Origin: Nemertoderma westbladi
Taxonomy: Eukaryota > Animalia > Xenacoelomorpha
Assembly: GCA_032718475.1 (NCBI GenBank)
Contig: JAUCBJ010006587.1
Coordinates: 65,640-129,639, forward strand
DNA length: 64,000 nt
Direction of reading: 5' to 3'
Under the pieces are notes generated by a model that saw only the letters and a list, made by a program, of their open reading frames with translations, ran no database searches and was not told where the DNA came from. Below, one piece after another: positions 60,679 through 64,000 of the stretch. Numbering within the stretch: the stretch's first letter is position 1; each line of letters starts with the position of its first letter. The translations under genes were made by a program, and so were the position numbers.

Positions 60679-60994
60679 TAGTTCGTGTGTGTTAAGTGTG
60701 TAAGATTTGATTGTTTCGTCACGAAACCATTAGGGCACAGAAACTGACGAATTCTTCGCGAATTTCGCAAACGTCGCAAACTTCGGGAATTTGTTCTACA
60801 ATTTTGACTCCTTAAGCAAAAGTGTCCCGAATGAGTTTTTTAACCTTTATTTTTTTGTGATTTTGAGTGCTTTTTTATATTAGTGAATGTTCTAGAACCT
60901 TAGTAGATTTTTTATGGTATATAGCTAGTATTTTTTACTAGCTAGTAATTTTTGGAAATAATTTTGGTCATTAATATATTCTTCAACAGTTTAA

Positions 60995-62271
60995 GCTGGT
61001 GGTAGCTGCCAAAATATACAATAAAATGATTCTATATAGGATTAGGCCTCACATAGAGAAACTACTGCGTAAGAGCCAAAACGGATTTCGACCAAGTAGA
61101 TCAACAATAGCTCAGATACTTGCACTACGGAAACTGATTGAAGGAATTAAGTCAAAGAATCTCCCCTCAGTCATGACTTTTGTGGACTTCAAGAAGGCAT
61201 TCGACTCCATCCATAGAGGTAAAATGCTTGAAATCCTAAGAGCTTATGGAATACCAGAAGTAATTGTTGCTGGCATTGGATTGTTATATTGTGACACAGA
61301 AGCGCAGGTACTTTCACCAGATGGTGAAACTGAGTTTTTCTCAATCCTGGCTGGCGTACTGCAAGGTGACACATTAGCACCATTACTATTTGTAATTGTG
61401 CTGGATTACGCAATGAGGACGGCCACAAAGGGTGAAGATCTGGGATTCACACTTCAAGAACGCAGAAGTAGTAGATATCCGGCAACTACAGTCACAGACA
61501 TCGACTTTGCGGATGACATCGCCCTGCTCTCTAATACGCTAGCAGATGCACAGCTTCTACTAAATAAAGTGGAGAGGGCTGCTAAGGAGGTTGGATTGCA
61601 TATAAATGCTACCAAGACCGAATTCATGACCTTTAATGTTGATGGAAACTTGACAACCATTGATAATAATCAACTAAGGGAGGTAGATGACTTCCAGTAC
61701 CTTGGATCGTGGATAGAGAGTAGCAAAAAGGACATAGAAGTTAGGAAAGCAAAGGCTTGGGTAGCTCTATCAAAAATGGATACCATCTGGAAATCAGATC
61801 TCTCCAGGCACCTGAAGACTAATTTCTTTCGAGCCACAGTGGAAAGTGTATTTATTTTTATACGGGGGTAAGACCTGGACACTGACGAAATCACTTGAAC
61901 AACGAATTGATGGTTGCTACACAAGACTACTAAGGGCAGCCTTAAACATCAGCTGGAGACAACACATGACAAACGCCGAGCTTTATGGTACAATACCACC
62001 TGTATCAACCACCCTCCGTAAACGCAGATTAAGATTCAGTGGGCACTGCTGGCGATGTAAAGACGAGGTCATACCAGATCTACTTTTCTGGCAACCAACT
62101 CATGGAAAGCGTAGTCGTGGGCGACCGGCCTTAACATATATAGATCAACTTGAAAGGGATACTGAACTTGGGAGAAACAAAATTGCGACAACTATGGAGA
62201 ATCGGGAAGCCTGGAAGGATCTCATTTCCACTATCCGAGTTCGCTCGATCTAGTAGTAGTAGTAATAGTAA
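60995..62271 (+). mobile_element. Second 5'-truncated RTE-clade LINE (different family), RT with a frameshift near 61855
   Basis: QNGFRPSR, FVDFKKAFDSI, GVLQGDTLAP, DFADD, YLGS. ORFs 60999-61871 and 61846-62253, then a (TAG)n tail. No TSD found. Confidence 0.9.
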
Positions 62272-63181
62272 CACTCATTGCAACTATACGTAGGGCCTTT
62301 TATAATACTCCCAGCACTACAAAAACTAATGTCCCCAGATGTGCGCAAGGAACAGTATTTAGAATGGTGTGTTTTTGTCAATATATAAAAACATTTCTTA
62401 ATGTCCATTGCAACTACACGAAGTGGGGCCTTCGCGCAGCACGTGACTTAAATTTAATTTAAGTACTAATTCGAAAGTATTACTGTATTAGCAAATTTTA
62501 AGCAGATTTCGCCTAATCACTTTTTACCTCTTTCATTTCTATTCAGACATTTCTGACTCTAGCGGTATAGTGAGAACTGAAGATGGATTAGGGTCTCCAG
62601 CCCCACAAAGACACAGCCTATGGATGAATAGTACATACGTACATCGGCCAAGTTTCATCTTGAATAACGGATAACGAAATGAGAGACGGATCTCACTTTC
62701 AGAAATTTCGTCGTTTAGCGGCAGACCGATTAAATCCCCCCCCCCCCCCCCCCCCCCCCCACAAAGACGCAGCATGTGGTCCAGAATATATGGCAAGATT
62801 CAGCTTAAACTGATTAAAATCAATGAGACGGGAGAATCTATTCACTTTCAGGCATAAAGTAGTCCTATAGCGGGTGACTGTTGAACTGATTTTCAACAAA
62901 ACAAATTTTCAACTTGGCAGCTTTAAATTCGACAAAGTTATAAGCATGTCAATATCATAACGACGACAACGATTTCACTTTCAGACATTTGGCCCTCTAG
63001 CGGCAGACTGGAGAACTGCAGATGGATTCGCCTCCTTTGAAAGTCACAGCTAATGGTCTAATACATATCTGCCAAGTTTCAGCTTAAACGGATTAAAAGC
63101 AAAGAAATGGGAGGGCATTTAATGTTTAGACATGTGGCCCTCTAGCGGGAGACCATTGCACTGATGGTGTCTGAAAGTCTC

Positions 63182-64000
63182 TGTAAAAGCTTCTGTGGGA
63201 TATAACTGGCCCCTTTTGCTTCGCAATCCAGTTTCCCCACAGGCGCTGGAATACTCTAAAAGGTTTTCTAACTGTAGATATATTCCCCTCGCCCGCAAGG
63301 TACCTTTACAGGTGTTTTAACGGACATAAAAATCATTCTGCTATATACGTGTTTTAGCGGACATGGTAAGACAAAAACTTGTAATGCACAAACCACCTTT
63401 CACAGCTTAGCCGTGATGATTCATATTACGACATCTAGCAGCTGGTTGCTGACATGGAAACAGCCATTGGCCGCGTGGTTCTTTGTTTGGCTTGGGCCAA
63501 TCAGGGCGGTTTTTCCTGTCGACGTGTAGCTTTCCTGCCGATCATAAGGAGAGTGTTCTGTCTTACAGGGAGAGAGAGAGAGTTGTTACTTTTGTTGTTA
63601 TTGCTGTCTAAGCCAGAAACACCGGCATTTTTGGATAGATACTGCTGTACCGTAAACTGCTTGAATTATCGAAAGTATAAACTGTTACCTAATCTCACGA
63701 ATCGAATTCACCTAACTCATCAATCCTGACTTAAATCACTCACTAATTCATTAATCATATTGTTTGTACTGTTATTTTACCGTCAGTTATTAATTGTAAA
63801 TATTTGTTGATGGAAATATTGCTATTTGGATAATACGGATAAATCACCCAATTCCCAATTTTCTTGATAACACTACAGGTTAGAGAGACCGGCTATATAT
63901 AACAATTGCGATTTATATTAATGTGGTGTGTATTGAATCCAATGTTATTTAGCAGACCCTACGTGAGTCAATTACTGCTCTCTTTATGTGTGATCAAATG
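63182..64000 (+). mobile_element. Start of a diverged LTR (D) of the same BEL/Pao group (5' or solo LTR), running off the window
   Basis: Starts TGTAAAAGCTTCTG. Shares ccaatcag, aacaccggc, atatttgttgatggaa and aggttagagagaccgg in the same order as LTRs A-C. No PPT upstream. Confidence 0.75.

Larger units (their letters stand above)
46977..60811. mobile_element. TTAA-flanked palindromic MITE 2 (possibly Kolobok-like), ~860 bp, interrupted by element C
   Basis: ttaaGGAGTC...GACTCCttaa. The ~300-bp left arm (46977-47280) is the reverse complement of 47525-47704 plus 60684-60811. Confidence 0.8.

Overview
AT-rich animal (probably invertebrate) genomic DNA, not prokaryotic. The left part holds two apparently intronless host genes on the minus strand (a 1129-aa multi-C2H2 zinc-finger protein and a RING/B-box/coiled-coil TRIM-type protein), several MITE-like palindromic elements and a 31-bp minisatellite. 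The rest is a nest of one BEL/Pao LTR-retrotransposon family. Element A (18851-44578, TSD CACTC) carries an RTE LINE inside gag and a second copy, B (32347-44293, TSD GCGCC), inside its 3' LTR. Element C (47705-60678, minus strand, TSD TAGTT) sits in a TTAA-bounded palindromic MITE. A diverged LTR (D) starts at 63182. None of A, B or C is autonomous. The main finding is that these elements lack a tRNA primer-binding site: the 11-12 nt directly after the 5' LTR are the perfect complement of a site inside their own LTR, with compensatory changes across A, B and C. This points to Tf1-like self-primed reverse transcription, which I do not know to have been described for BEL/Pao. The family also shows a non-env extra ORF, an internal copy of the PPT and a duplicated stem-loop element. 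All alignments were done by eye.
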